Of a stretch of DNA of 64,000 nucleotides, positions 1-9,613 are shown in pieces. The position numbers and the translations under genes are program-made. The notes under the pieces are model-generated. The model made no database searches. It saw only the letters and a program-made list of their open reading frames with translations, and had not been told where the DNA came from. The DNA lies in contig CAVQWY010000002.1 of NCBI GenBank assembly GCA_963717755.1, forward strand, positions 682,393-746,392, in the 5' to 3' direction. The stretch's first letter is position 1, and every line of letters starts with the position of its first letter. This DNA comes from an uncultured Microthrixaceae bacterium (GTDB lineage: Bacteria; Actinomycetota; Acidimicrobiia; Acidimicrobiales; VFJN01).

Positions 1-1104
1 CTCCAGGCGGCCATGGCCTCGGCGCACGGCATCGACGCCTTCTGCTACTACCACTACTGGTTCGGGGGCCGGCAGGTCCTGAACCGTCCGTTCGACGAGG
101 TGCGCCGCAGTGGCCGCCCCGGTCTGCCGTTCATGCTCTGCTGGGCCAACGAGAACTGGACGCGAGCGTGGGACGCCAGCGACCACGAGGTGCTGCTCGA
201 GCAGTCCTACGGACCCGACGAGCGCGCGGAGCACCTCGCCTACCTGGTCGACGCCTTCAGGGACGAGCGCTACCTGCGGGTGGACGACCGCCCGGTGTTC
301 GCGATCTACCGCGTCGGCGCGCTGCCGGAAGCGGCGGGGTTCGTGTCCGACCTCCGGAAGGCGGCGGTGGCGGCGGGCCTGGCCGACCCGTTCATCGTCA
401 AGTTCGACACGCACGGCAACTTCGAGGATCCGGCCGCCACCGGGTGCGACGTCGCGTCGCAGTTCTACCCCCACGGCTCCACGGAGCTCGGGCTCGAGGA
501 CAAGCGGGTTCCCCTCGGCGACCCGGGCAACCTGGTGATCCCGTACGACGACGTGGTGACCGCGCTGCTCGACGCGCCGGCGCCGTCGTGGACGCGCTAC
601 GAGTGCGTCACCCCGAGCTGGGACAACACGCCCCGCCGCGGCGACGGTCGGAGCTGGGTGGTGCACGGCTCCACCCCGGACGCCTACGAGGCGTGGCTGC
701 GAGCTGTCCTCGATCGGGCGCCGCAGCGCACCAGCGGCACGCCGATGGTGTTCATCAACGCGTGGAACGAGTGGGCCGAGGGCGCCCACCTCGAGCCCGA
801 CCAGCGGTGGGGCGCGGCGTACCTCCGGGCGACCGCTCGCGCCGCACTCGGCGGGGAGCCGGCCGAGATGTTCGGGCCGCTGCCGGCCCCGGACGCGGTG
901 CCGCCCACCGCGAGCTTCGAGGAGCTGTACGGCGACCTCTACGAGCAGTACATCCATCTCCAGCAGCGCCTGAGCGCCGTGGAGCTGTCGGCCCAACGGC
1001 GGCTCGACCACACGGTCGCCGCGCTCGAGGCGAGGCTCCGCGAGCAGCACGAGCTGGCCACGCGCCTGGCTGACCAGCTCGACCGGCGGCTCGGCTCCGA
1101 GTGA
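1..1104 (+). CDS. WbsX-like glycosyltransferase-family protein with C-terminal coiled coil (5' end cut by window edge)
   Basis: ORF 13..1104 stays open to base 1. Motifs GIDAFCYYHYWF, CWANENWTRAWD and NAWNEWAEG match the WbsX-type family as I recall it. The last ~60 aa are heptad-like (FEELYGDLYEQYIHLQQRL...). Confidence 0.7.
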   Translation, partial: LQAAMASAHGIDAFCYYHYWFGGRQVLNRPFDEVRRSGRPGLPFMLCWANENWTRAWDASDHEVLLEQSYGPDERAEHLAYLVDAFRDERYLRVDDRPVFAIYRVGALPEAAGFVSDLRKAAVAAGLADPFIVKFDTHGNFEDPAATGCDVASQFYPHGSTELGLEDKRVPLGDPGNLVIPYDDVVTALLDAPAPSWTRYECVTPSWDNTPRRGDGRSWVVHGSTPDAYEAWLRAVLDRAPQRTSGTPMVFINAWNEWAEGAHLEPDQRWGAAYLRATARAALGGEPAEMFGPLPAPDAVPPTASFEELYGDLYEQYIHLQQRLSAVELSAQRRLDHTVAALEARLREQHELATRLADQLDRRLGSE

Positions 1105-1176
1105 CCGGGGCGGTAACGTGACGCCCCGACCTGGCACTGCCCTCGGTTCCCCCACTCGGGCACGGTCCTCCTCGCC

Positions 1177-1992
1177 ATGACCTCCGTCCTCGAGCTGCGC
1201 CGCCACCGAGAGCTCTTCGCGAACCTGACGCTGCGCGAGCTGCGCGGCAAGTACAAGCGGTCGGCCCTGGGCTGGGGCTGGTCGATGGTGAACCCGCTCG
1301 CCCAGATGGCGATCTTCTCCCTCGTGTTCGGGCTCGTGCTCGACGTGCCCACGCCGCGGGGCGATCCCAGCGACCTCAAGATCTTCGCCTTCTTCCTCCT
1401 CTGCGCGCTCCTGCCCTGGACGTTCCTCGCCAACGGCCTCACCGGCGGGATGGGATCGCTCCTCGCCAGCGCCAACCTGGTGAAGAAGGTGTGGTTCCCG
1501 CGGGAGCTCCTCGTGGCCTCCAGCGTGGCCAGCTTCGGCGTGTCCTTCGCCATCGAGCTCGGGGTGCTGGTCGTCGCCCTCCTCATCGCAGGGAACATGG
1601 TGCTGCCGTGGATGCTGCCGGTGCTCGGGGTGGCGCTGATCCAAGCCGTCTTCGTGCTGGGCCTCGCGCTCGCGTTCTCCGTGTGGAACGTGTACTTCCG
1701 CGACCTCGAGTACCTCGTGGGCATCGGGCTGCAGTTCTGGTTCTACGCCACGCCGATCGTCTACCCGATCAGCCTGGTCGAGGATGAGCTCGGCAAGGAC
1801 TCCCTCGGCCTCGACCTCTACCGCCTCAACCCCATGACGCGGTTCGTGGAGGTGTACCGCGACCTCTTCTACTCGTTGCGGGGCCCCACCCTCGGCACGA
1901 TGGCCTACCTCGTGGGCTGTGCCATCGTCTCGTTGGCCATCGGTCGCATCGCCTTCGGCCGCCTCCAAGGCCGCCTCGCGGAGGAGCTGTGA
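1177..1992 (+). CDS. ABC-2 type polysaccharide/teichoic-acid exporter permease (Wzm/TagG-like)
   Basis: Intact 271-aa ORF. N-terminal LRELRGKYKRSALGWGWSMVNPL signature and multiple TM helices. Directly upstream of the cognate ATPase. Confidence 0.9.
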   Translation: MTSVLELRRHRELFANLTLRELRGKYKRSALGWGWSMVNPLAQMAIFSLVFGLVLDVPTPRGDPSDLKIFAFFLLCALLPWTFLANGLTGGMGSLLASANLVKKVWFPRELLVASSVASFGVSFAIELGVLVVALLIAGNMVLPWMLPVLGVALIQAVFVLGLALAFSVWNVYFRDLEYLVGIGLQFWFYATPIVYPISLVEDELGKDSLGLDLYRLNPMTRFVEVYRDLFYSLRGPTLGTMAYLVGCAIVSLAIGRIAFGRLQGRLAEEL

Positions 1993-2076
1993 TGATCGAC
2001 ACCGAAGCGGAGCTTCGGCGCCGAGCTGAGCGGAGCCGGCCTGCGGCCGGCACTGTGGTCGTCGGGGCTGCGCCCC

Positions 2077-3282
2077 ATGACTGAGCCCGCCATCTCGGTG
2101 GATCACCTCTCCAAGCGCTTCCGCCTCTACCACGACCGCAACCAGAGCCTGAAGGCGGCGGTGATGCGCGGGCGGCGCGCGAAGTACGAGGAGTTCTGGG
2201 CGCTACGGGACGTGTCGCTCGAGATCCAGGAAGGCGTCACGTACGGCTTCATCGGCACCAACGGCTCGGGCAAGAGCACGCTGCTCAAGTGCCTGGCCCG
2301 CATCCTCGAGCCCGACGAGGGGAGCACCCGGACGCGCGGCAAGGTGTCCGCGCTCCTCGAGCTCGGGGCCGGGTTCCACCCCGAGCTGTCCGGGCGCGAG
2401 AACGTCTTCCTCAACGGGTCGATCCTGGGCCTCTCGAAGGCCGAGCTCGATCGGCGCTTCGACGACATCGTCGAGTTCGCCGGGCTCGAGCGGTTCATCG
2501 ACACCCCGGTGAAGAACTACTCCTCGGGGATGTACGTGCGCCTCGGCTTCTCCGTGGCGATCAACGTCGATCCCGACATCCTTCTCGTCGACGAGGTGCT
2601 GGCCGTGGGCGACGAGGAGTTCCAGCGCCGTTGCAACGAGCGCTTCGCCGACCTCCGCGCCGAAGGTCGCACCATCGTCGTCGTGTCCCACTCGCTGGGA
2701 TCGGTGCAGGCGATCTGCGACGAGGTGGCGTGGCTCGACGCCGGGGTGCTCCGGGCCACCGGCGACGCGGGGGACGTCATCGACCAGTACATCACCGAGG
2801 TCCACCAGGGGCGCACCGCCGACGCCGACGGGACGCACGCCACCGGCGGTCGGTGGGGCTCCGGCGAGGTCACCCTCGACGAGATGGAGGTGCTCGGCGC
2901 CGACGGGGCGACGGCGGAGGTCGTCCGCACGGGCCAGCCCATCACCTTCCGGTTCCACTACACCGCCCGCTCGCCGGTGGCTCGCCCGGTGTTCACCCTC
3001 GCGATCCACACCCTCGAGGGCCTGGGCGTCACCAACCCGAACACGCGAGACGCCGGCCTCGTGCCCGATCGGATCACCGGCCAGGGCCACGTCGACCTGG
3101 TCGTGGACCCCCTTCCGCTCCTCCCCGGCACCTACGACCTGTCGGGCGCGATCACCGATGAGGCGGCCCTCCACATCTACGACCACCGCCACCGGTCCCT
3201 GCGCTTCGACGTGGAGGCGGGTTCGCCGCGGGAGAGCTGGGGTGGCCTGGTGACCATGAACGGGCGCTGGAAGGTGACGTAG
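2077..3282 (+). CDS. ABC exporter ATP-binding protein (Wzt/TagH-like) with C-terminal glycan-binding-type domain
   Basis: Walker A GTNGSGKST, signature YSSGM, Walker B LLVDEVLAVGD. About 150 extra C-terminal aa resemble Wzt C-terminal domains. Confidence 0.9.
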   Translation: MTEPAISVDHLSKRFRLYHDRNQSLKAAVMRGRRAKYEEFWALRDVSLEIQEGVTYGFIGTNGSGKSTLLKCLARILEPDEGSTRTRGKVSALLELGAGFHPELSGRENVFLNGSILGLSKAELDRRFDDIVEFAGLERFIDTPVKNYSSGMYVRLGFSVAINVDPDILLVDEVLAVGDEEFQRRCNERFADLRAEGRTIVVVSHSLGSVQAICDEVAWLDAGVLRATGDAGDVIDQYITEVHQGRTADADGTHATGGRWGSGEVTLDEMEVLGADGATAEVVRTGQPITFRFHYTARSPVARPVFTLAIHTLEGLGVTNPNTRDAGLVPDRITGQGHVDLVVDPLPLLPGTYDLSGAITDEAALHIYDHRHRSLRFDVEAGSPRESWGGLVTMNGRWKVT

Positions 3283-3290
3283 CGACGCGG

Positions 3291-3771
3291 TCAGGGCGCG
3301 AAGCGGACGCTCTGGACGACCCGATCGGCCGTCCGCACCAGCGGACCCCGCGTGCGATGGCTGCCCACGACCACGTACAGGCAGAACGGTCGCCCCTGCA
3401 CCTGGAAGAACTCCTGCGAGCCCGCCATCCCCGCGATCGCCCGCTGCATGGCCTGCGGCGAGAACATCGCGTCGGTGAGGCGCGGCACGCCATCCCGACG
3501 GAACAGCGCGGTGGCCGCCGCCTCCGGTTCGTGCTCGAGCAGGCAGATCAAGATGTCGGAGCCGCTCATCTGCTCCACCGCCCCCGAGCCGTAGTCGCCG
3601 CGCTCGGTGGGCAGGGCGAAGCTGGCGGCGTGGAGCACCACGCCGAAGCCTCCCGCGTCGTCGCCCGCCTCAGCGCGCGGGGGAGGCACCGGACTGCCCG
3701 GCCGCCCGGATCTGGCCGTCCCAACCCGCCGGCAGGTCGACGGAGAGGCCGCCGTCCGCGAGCGCCGTCAC
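3291..3771 (-). pseudogene. Conserved hypothetical protein, one frameshift near 3680 as sequenced
   Basis: GTG at 3771 overlaps the upstream stop (GTGA). It reads TALADGGLSVDLPAGWDGQIRAAG, then a stop. The sequence continues in the frame of ORF 3291..3689 (GGFGVVLHAASFALPTERGDYGSGAV...). Confidence 0.5.
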
Positions 3772-4569
3772 GGCCCCTCGTCCCCGACGTGCGACGGGTG
3801 CGGGGTGGGGTAGAGGCTCGGATCGCCGGGCTCGATGCCGGCGGCGCGCAGCTCCTGGTCCACTCGATCCGCCCGGTCCTGGCCGCCCATGCGCGTGAGC
3901 GACCGGGCGGGAGGCGAGGGCTGCACGGCGGCGTCGGCCTCCGCCTTGCCGAGGAGGTCGATGACCTGCTCCCACGAGGACCCGGCGCCCTCGCCGACGA
4001 CCCGGCCGGAGGGCCCGTCGACGAGGATGAAGTACGGCGACACCGGCACGCGGTAGTCGTCCCACGCCTCGCTCGACATGACCGTGGTGACGCCGGCGGG
4101 CGCCAGGTCGGCGACCGCCGCCGGCGACTCGGCGTCGGGGCCGTTCGTGATCACGACCACCCGGGTGGACGGGTCGGCCAGGTGGCGGGTGGGCTCGTGG
4201 CCGAGGGCCTCCCAGAACGTGCCACAGGTGCCACAGCCCGTGGACAGGAACGCGAGCAGCGTGGGGTGGTCGACCCCCACCACGGCCACGTGGGCCGCGC
4301 CGCCTTGCGGCAGGCGGCCGGTGAGGTCGGCGGCGTCGCCCATCGGACCGTCGTCGCGCGGGTCGCGGTACGCCGTCGGCGGTGCGCATCGGGGCGTGCT
4401 GCGACACGGCCGCCGGTCGCCGCGGCGCGGTCGTGGAGCCGTCCTCGAGGTTGACGCCGAGGTCGTGGAGGGCCCGCAGGATCTCGGCGTGCGAGCGGAG
4501 CAACCCGACGACCAGGACCGCGAGGAGGGCCATGGCGAGGGCGAGCGCCACGACGACGGCGGCCATCAT
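3768..4569 (-). pseudogene. Membrane-anchored thioredoxin-like (TlpA/MauD-like) protein, C-G-T-C motif, one frameshift near 4385
   Basis: The N-terminal TM helix MMAAVVVALALAMALLAVLVVGLL is in one frame. The thioredoxin-fold part (LLAFLSTGCGTCGTFWE ... VPVSPYFILVD) is in ORF 3768..4343. The start lies 7 nt after the stop of the Cys-rich gene. Confidence 0.65.
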
Positions 4570-4576
4570 GGGTGCA

Positions 4577-5905
4577 TCACCCGATGAACCAGCGCTGGCC
4601 GAACGTGACGGTGATGTAGGTCGGGTCGTCAAGCGAACGCCGGAGGTACCAGCGCCCCTCGGACGGGCGGTAGACGCCGATGCCGACGACGCCGAGGGCG
4701 AACCAGTCGCCCACGATGGGCAGGTCGCCCTTCTTCCCGAAGGTGACCACCCGCGCGGTGGAGCCGGACGTCAGGGTGTTGTTGAGGTGCCACTGGCCGC
4801 TGCGGAAGATGCCGATCCCGTCGACGCCGTCGCCGTTCCAGTCGCCCACCACGGGGAGGTCGCCACTGAGCTGGCCGTAGCGCACCACCCGCGTCGCCAC
4901 CGGATGGGCGACGTTGTCGCTCAGGTGCCAGTAGCCGCCGGTGCGGAAGATCCCCGGCGCGTCGGTGCCGTCGCCGTTCCAGTCGCCGGCCACCGGCCGG
5001 TCGCCGCTCGCCACCCCCCAGGGTGGGGTCACGATGGCCGTGGCGGCGGGGCCGACCTGGTTGGAGAGGTGCCACACGCCTTGGCGGAAGATGCCCACGC
5101 CCTTGGCGCCGTCGCCGTTCCAGTCGCCCACCACCGGGCGGTCGCCGGCCTGGAGCCCGTACTTGAACACGGGCACGGGGTTGAGGTTGGCGCTCTGCCT
5201 GAGCGTCCACGTCCCGGTGCGGTTGTCGTAGAACCCGATCCCCGTCTTGTCGACGCCGTCCCAGTCGCCCGCCACCGGGTAGATCGCGGGCGCCGCCTGC
5301 AGGCACGGACGGTTGTGGCCGCGCGTGTTGTTGTCGGTGCGCACGGCGCTGGACGAGCACGTCGGTTCCACCAGCCACGGGGGGGTGCAGGTGACGACGC
5401 GGCACTGGATCGGGCCGATGCAGGCGCGCTGGTTGTTGCAGTTGCCGTAGCGGAACGCGGTGCACCCGGCCTTGCGGTGGTCACAGCGCCCGTTGCCGCA
5501 GCCGCACGAGGTGCCGCTGCACGCGCCCGTGCAGATGCCGGAGCCGCCGCAGCCGCACGAGCCGCACGAGCGATGGCAGTCCATGTAGTACCGGGCGGCG
5601 CCGCCGCAGAAGCTGGAGCCGTCGGCCTTCCACCAGCCGCCGGTGAGGGCGCCGGCGGGGCAGGCGTTCACGCCGTACAGCGCGCAGCAGAACTCCGTGT
5701 AGCCGTCGCAGCACAGCGATCCGCACGGGCAGGCCTTGCCCAGGCAGCTGCACACGGCCGCGTACGCGCTCTGCGGGCGGAGCAGCAGGTCGCCGGGCGC
5801 CGTCACGAGGGCGCTGCCCACCAGCGCCGAGCGAGCGATGAAGCTGCGGCGGTCGAGGCGGTTGGCGACGGCATCGGTCGCCCGGGACAGGACGCTGCGG
5901 GGCAC
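4577..5905 (-). CDS. Tat-signal secreted protein: 26-Cys domain plus five FG-GAP/VCBS-like repeats
   Basis: Intact 442 aa. Twin-arginine signal LDRRSFIARSALVGSALV...AYA. Residues 51-201 (5303..5755) hold 26 Cys. Residues ~208-440 (4586..5284) are 5 repeats of P[VI][VA]GDW[ND]GDG..G[IV][FY]R.G.W.L. Confidence 0.85.
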   Translation of the reverse strand: MPRSVLSRATDAVANRLDRRSFIARSALVGSALVTAPGDLLLRPQSAYAAVCSCLGKACPCGSLCCDGYTEFCCALYGVNACPAGALTGGWWKADGSSFCGGAARYYMDCHRSCGSCGCGGSGICTGACSGTSCGCGNGRCDHRKAGCTAFRYGNCNNQRACIGPIQCRVVTCTPPWLVEPTCSSSAVRTDNNTRGHNRPCLQAAPAIYPVAGDWDGVDKTGIGFYDNRTGTWTLRQSANLNPVPVFKYGLQAGDRPVVGDWNGDGAKGVGIFRQGVWHLSNQVGPAATAIVTPPWGVASGDRPVAGDWNGDGTDAPGIFRTGGYWHLSDNVAHPVATRVVRYGQLSGDLPVVGDWNGDGVDGIGIFRSGQWHLNNTLTSGSTARVVTFGKKGDLPIVGDWFALGVVGIGVYRPSEGRWYLRRSLDDPTYITVTFGQRWFIG

Positions 5906-5979
5906 GGCAGGGATGACCTTAGTGGTCGCCCACCACCCGCCGTGATCGCCGCGACCGGGGGGTCGGTAGCCTCGGCGCC

Positions 5980-7341
5980 ATGGCGCTGCGCTTCGTGATC
6001 ATCGGCGGGGGACCAGCGGGGAACACCGCCGCCACCCACGCGGCCCGGCTCGGCGCCGAGGTCACGGTGATCGAGCAGGACGTCGTGGGCGGCGCCGCCC
6101 ACCTGTGGGACTGCATCCCGTCCAAGGCGATGATCGCCACCGGTGGGGCATTGGCGGCCGTGGGCCGGTCGCCGGAGATGGGGCTCACCGCCGCCGCCGC
6201 CGAGGTCGACCCGGACGCCCTCAAGGCCCGCATCGAGGCGATCGAGCAGAAGCTCGAGCACGGCGTTCGGCGCCTGCTCGACAGCCAGGGGGTGCGCATC
6301 CTGCGGGGGCGCGGCCGCCTGGTGGGGCCCCACGCCGTCGTCGCCGACACCATCGACGGGCCCGTGGAGGTGGACGCCGACGTCATCCTCCTCGCCACCG
6401 GCAGCCGTCCCCGGATCCCAGACTGGGCGGACGTCGACGGTCAGCGCGTGCTGTCCACCCGCGACGCGTATCCGCCGGCCGTGTGGCCCGCGCACCTCGT
6501 GGTGATCGGCTCCGGGGTCACCGGCGTCGAGTTCGTGCACATGTTCAGCTCGCTGGGCAGCGACGTCACCTTGATCGTGTCCCGGCAGCAGGTGCTCCCG
6601 CAGAAGGACTCCGAGGTGGCCGCGGCGCTGGAGGACGAGCTGCTGAGCCGCGGGGTGCGGCTGCTCAAGGGTGCCCGCGCGGTGGGCATCGATCAGCAGG
6701 ACGGTGGCGTCTCGGTCCGCTGCGACGACGGGCGCGTCGCCCAGGGGAGCCACGCGCTGCTCGCCATCGGCTCCATCCCCAACAGCGAGGGCCTCGAGCT
6801 GAGCGCCGCCGGCGTGGAGGCCGATGCCGGCGGCTACGTGCCGGTGGACGAGAGCTGCCGCACCAACGTCGCCCACGTCTACGCGGCCGGCGACCTGTCG
6901 GGGAAGCTCCCGCTGTCGTCGGTCGCCGCGATGCAGGGCCGCCGGATCGCCGAGCACGCGATGGGCGTCCAGTCCCGCAGCAGCCGGCAGCTCGACTACG
7001 ACAAGGCGGCGTCCGCCATCTTCACCGTCCCGGAGATCGCCGACGTCGGGTTGGCGGAGGCCGATGCCTTCGCCGAAGGGCGCAAGGTGCGGGTCACCAA
7101 GGTGCCCTTCTCCGCCTCGCCGAAGGCCCTCATCGAGAGCCACAGCCGCGGCTTCGTGAAGATCGTCAGCGACCCGGCCACCGGGGTGGTGCTGGGCGGG
7201 TCGATCGTCGGGCGGCACGCCGCCGAGCTGATCTCCGTGATCGCCGTGGCCGTCACCAACGGCCTTCGCGTGGCCGACATCGTCGACAGCCTCCTCGTGC
7301 ACCCCTCGCTGTCCGAGGCCCTGGCCGAGGCGGCCGAGTGA
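5980..7341 (+). CDS. lpdA: Flavoprotein disulfide reductase / NAD(P)H-quinone dehydrogenase (LpdA-like)
   Basis: Intact 453 aa. FAD motif IIGGGPAGNTAA. Second Rossmann motif VIGSGVTGVEF. C-terminal dimerisation-domain pattern. No canonical CxxxxC pair, as in mycobacterial LpdA (from memory). Confidence 0.8.
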   Translation: MALRFVIIGGGPAGNTAATHAARLGAEVTVIEQDVVGGAAHLWDCIPSKAMIATGGALAAVGRSPEMGLTAAAAEVDPDALKARIEAIEQKLEHGVRRLLDSQGVRILRGRGRLVGPHAVVADTIDGPVEVDADVILLATGSRPRIPDWADVDGQRVLSTRDAYPPAVWPAHLVVIGSGVTGVEFVHMFSSLGSDVTLIVSRQQVLPQKDSEVAAALEDELLSRGVRLLKGARAVGIDQQDGGVSVRCDDGRVAQGSHALLAIGSIPNSEGLELSAAGVEADAGGYVPVDESCRTNVAHVYAAGDLSGKLPLSSVAAMQGRRIAEHAMGVQSRSSRQLDYDKAASAIFTVPEIADVGLAEADAFAEGRKVRVTKVPFSASPKALIESHSRGFVKIVSDPATGVVLGGSIVGRHAAELISVIAVAVTNGLRVADIVDSLLVHPSLSEALAEAAE

Positions 7342-7348
7342 CGCGCCT

Positions 7349-7864
7349 GTGCCGGCGCTGACCGGGCCCGCGCTGGTCGCCGCCGCGCTGCTCGCGCTGG
7401 CCGGTGCGCAGAAGGTCGTCGACCCGACGATGACGGTGGGCGCCCTCCGGGCGCTGCGGCTGCCGTCGTCAGCGACCCTGGTGCGGGCGGGCTCGACGCT
7501 CGAGCTGGCGCTCGGCGTGGGGGCCATCGCCGTCGGCGGCGCCGTGCTGTGGTCGGCGGTCGCCGTGAGCTACGTGCTGTTCGCCGCCTTCGTGGTCGCC
7601 GCGCTCCGGAAGGGCACGATGATCGGCTCGTGCGGCTGCTTCGGGCGCGAGGACACGCCGCCGCACTGGAGCCACGTCGTGCTCAACCTCGCGCTGGCGG
7701 CCTTGGCGGCGGCCAACGCGGTCCGCAGTCCCGCCGCGCCGCTCGACGCCCTCGTCGACCACCCCGGTGCGGGCGCGGCCGTCGTCGCGCTGGCCGCCTT
7801 GTCGCTGTACCTGCTCCACGCCGCCTTCGTGGAGCTCCCGCGGACGCTGGCCGCTACTCGATGA
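7349..7864 (+). CDS. MauE/DoxX-family redox-associated membrane protein
   Basis: 171 aa, 4 predicted TM helices. SCGCFG motif typical of the MauE family as I recall it. Confidence 0.65.
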   Translation: MPALTGPALVAAALLALAGAQKVVDPTMTVGALRALRLPSSATLVRAGSTLELALGVGAIAVGGAVLWSAVAVSYVLFAAFVVAALRKGTMIGSCGCFGREDTPPHWSHVVLNLALAALAAANAVRSPAAPLDALVDHPGAGAAVVALAALSLYLLHAAFVELPRTLAATR

Positions 7865-9608
7865 CGACGATGACGTCGCCGGAGCCCACCGACTGGCCAG
7901 GCGTCACCTTGATCTCCTTCACCGTGCCCGCCTTGTCGGCGGCGATGTTGTTCTCCATCTTCATGGCCTCGAGCACGCACACGGGCTGACCGGCCTCGAC
8001 GGCCTGGCCGACCTCCACGAGGATCTTCACGATCGTGCCCTGCATCGGCACGGTGACCTTGCCGCTGCCGACCGCACCGGCTCCGGCGACGGCGGCTCGT
8101 CGCGGGCGGGGGCTGGCGCCGGACCCGGCCACCACGGCCAGCGGCACGTCGGGGACCCACATCCGCACGCTGAAGCGCTTGCCGTTGACCTCCACGTCGA
8201 CGTCCCGCTGCACCTTGGGTTCCTCGTCGTCATCCGTGGGGACGGCCGGGGTGGCGGAGACGCCGGTGAGGTCGAGCGTGTCCTCCACCCACTTGGTGGA
8301 GTGCTCGGCGTTCTGGAAGTCGGCGTGGCGCAGGATGGCGAGGTCGGCCGGGACGGTGGTGGCGATGCCCTCGATGCGCAGCTCCTCGAGCGCGCGGATC
8401 ATGCGACCGATGGCCGTGGCGCGGTCATCGCCCCAGACGATGAGCTTGCCGACGAGGTTGTCGTAGTACTGGCTGACCTCGTCGCCGCTCTCGTAGCCGC
8501 CGTCCCAACGCACGCCGAAGCCCTGCGGCGGCACCAGCTCGGTGATCGTGCCGGGGGAGGGGAGGAACCGGCCCTCGGCGGGGTCCTCGGCGTTGATGCG
8601 GACCTCGATCGCCCAGCCCCGCAGGTCGATGTCGTCCTGCGTGAACGAGAGCGGCTCGCCGGAGGCCACGCGGATCTGCTCGCGGACGAGGTCGATGCCC
8701 GACACCAGCTCGGTGACGGGGTGCTCGACCTGGAGGCGGGTGTTCATCTCGAGGAACCAGAACTCGCCGTCCTGGTAGAGGAACTCGACGGTGCCGGCGT
8801 TGTAGTAGCCGCACGCCTTGGCGACCTTCACGGCCGCCTCACCCATGGCCTGGCGGGTCTCGGCCGGGAAGGCGGGCGCCGGGCTCTCCTCGATCAGCTT
8901 CTGGTGACGGCGCTGGGCTGAGCAGTCGCGCTCGCCCACCCACACGACGCTGCCGTGGGTGTCCCCGATCACCTGCATCTCCACGTGGCGCGGCCAGGTG
9001 AGGTAGCGCTCGACGTAGCACTCGGCCCGCCCGAAGCCCTTGAGGGCCTCTGACTGCGCGGACTCGAGGGCGGCGTGGGCCTCGTCAGCGCTGGTGACGA
9101 CGCGCATGCCGCGCCCGCCACCGCCGTAGGCGGCCTTGATGGCGACCGGCCAGCCGAACTCCTCGCCGAACGCCACGACCTCGTCGCCGCTGGTCAGGAA
9201 CTCGGTGGTGCCGGGCACGCCCTGCACGCCCGCCTCCTGCGCGGCGATGCGGCTCGACACCTTGTCGCCCATGACCTCGATGGCCTCGGGCGGCGGGCCG
9301 ATGAACGTGACGCCCCGCTCGGTGATGGCGCGGGCGAAGTCGGTGTTCTCGGAGAAGAAGCCGTAGCCGGGGTGTACGCCGTCGGCGCCGGACTGCTCGA
9401 TCACCTCGAGGATGCGCTCGGTGTTGAGGTAGCTCTCGGCCGCCGTCTGACCGCCCAGCGCGTAGGCCTCATCGGCCAGCCGGACGTGCAGCGCCTCCCG
9501 ATCGAGCTCGGAGTACACCGCCACCGTGGCGATGCCCATCTCCTTGCAGGCACGAATGACACGGACAGCGATCTCGCCCCGGTTGGCGATGAGGACCTTG
9601 GTGAGCAC
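7854..9608 (-). CDS. accA: Acetyl/propionyl-CoA carboxylase alpha subunit (biotin carboxylase + BCCP)
   Basis: Intact 584 aa. N-terminus KVLIANRGEIAVRVIRAC. ATP-grasp core. C-terminal biotinyl motif LEAMKMEN. Confidence 0.95.
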   Translation of the reverse strand: MLTKVLIANRGEIAVRVIRACKEMGIATVAVYSELDREALHVRLADEAYALGGQTAAESYLNTERILEVIEQSGADGVHPGYGFFSENTDFARAITERGVTFIGPPPEAIEVMGDKVSSRIAAQEAGVQGVPGTTEFLTSGDEVVAFGEEFGWPVAIKAAYGGGGRGMRVVTSADEAHAALESAQSEALKGFGRAECYVERYLTWPRHVEMQVIGDTHGSVVWVGERDCSAQRRHQKLIEESPAPAFPAETRQAMGEAAVKVAKACGYYNAGTVEFLYQDGEFWFLEMNTRLQVEHPVTELVSGIDLVREQIRVASGEPLSFTQDDIDLRGWAIEVRINAEDPAEGRFLPSPGTITELVPPQGFGVRWDGGYESGDEVSQYYDNLVGKLIVWGDDRATAIGRMIRALEELRIEGIATTVPADLAILRHADFQNAEHSTKWVEDTLDLTGVSATPAVPTDDDEEPKVQRDVDVEVNGKRFSVRMWVPDVPLAVVAGSGASPRPRRAAVAGAGAVGSGKVTVPMQGTIVKILVEVGQAVEAGQPVCVLEAMKMENNIAADKAGTVKEIKVTPGQSVGSGDVIVVIE

Positions 9609-9613
9609 GCCAT

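Noticed and set aside
4570-4632. Upstream ATG at 4632 (MTTRPTSPSR...) as the start of the thioredoxin-like gene.
   Set aside because: It would overlap the last 56 nt of the Cys-rich gene with low-complexity sequence. The ATG-ATG at 4569/4566, directly before the TM helix, fits better.
5803-7527. Very long ORFs antisense to or overlapping real genes. Examples: 5803..7527(-), 19500..21788(-), 36425..39424(-), 57346..60408(-), 14847..17213(+), and large parts of 23968..27186(+) and 57771..61670(+).
   Set aside because: Their translations are Arg/Pro/Gly/Ala-rich with no recognisable motifs. They are mirror frames of well-supported genes. This is a typical stop-codon-poor artefact of very GC-rich DNA.
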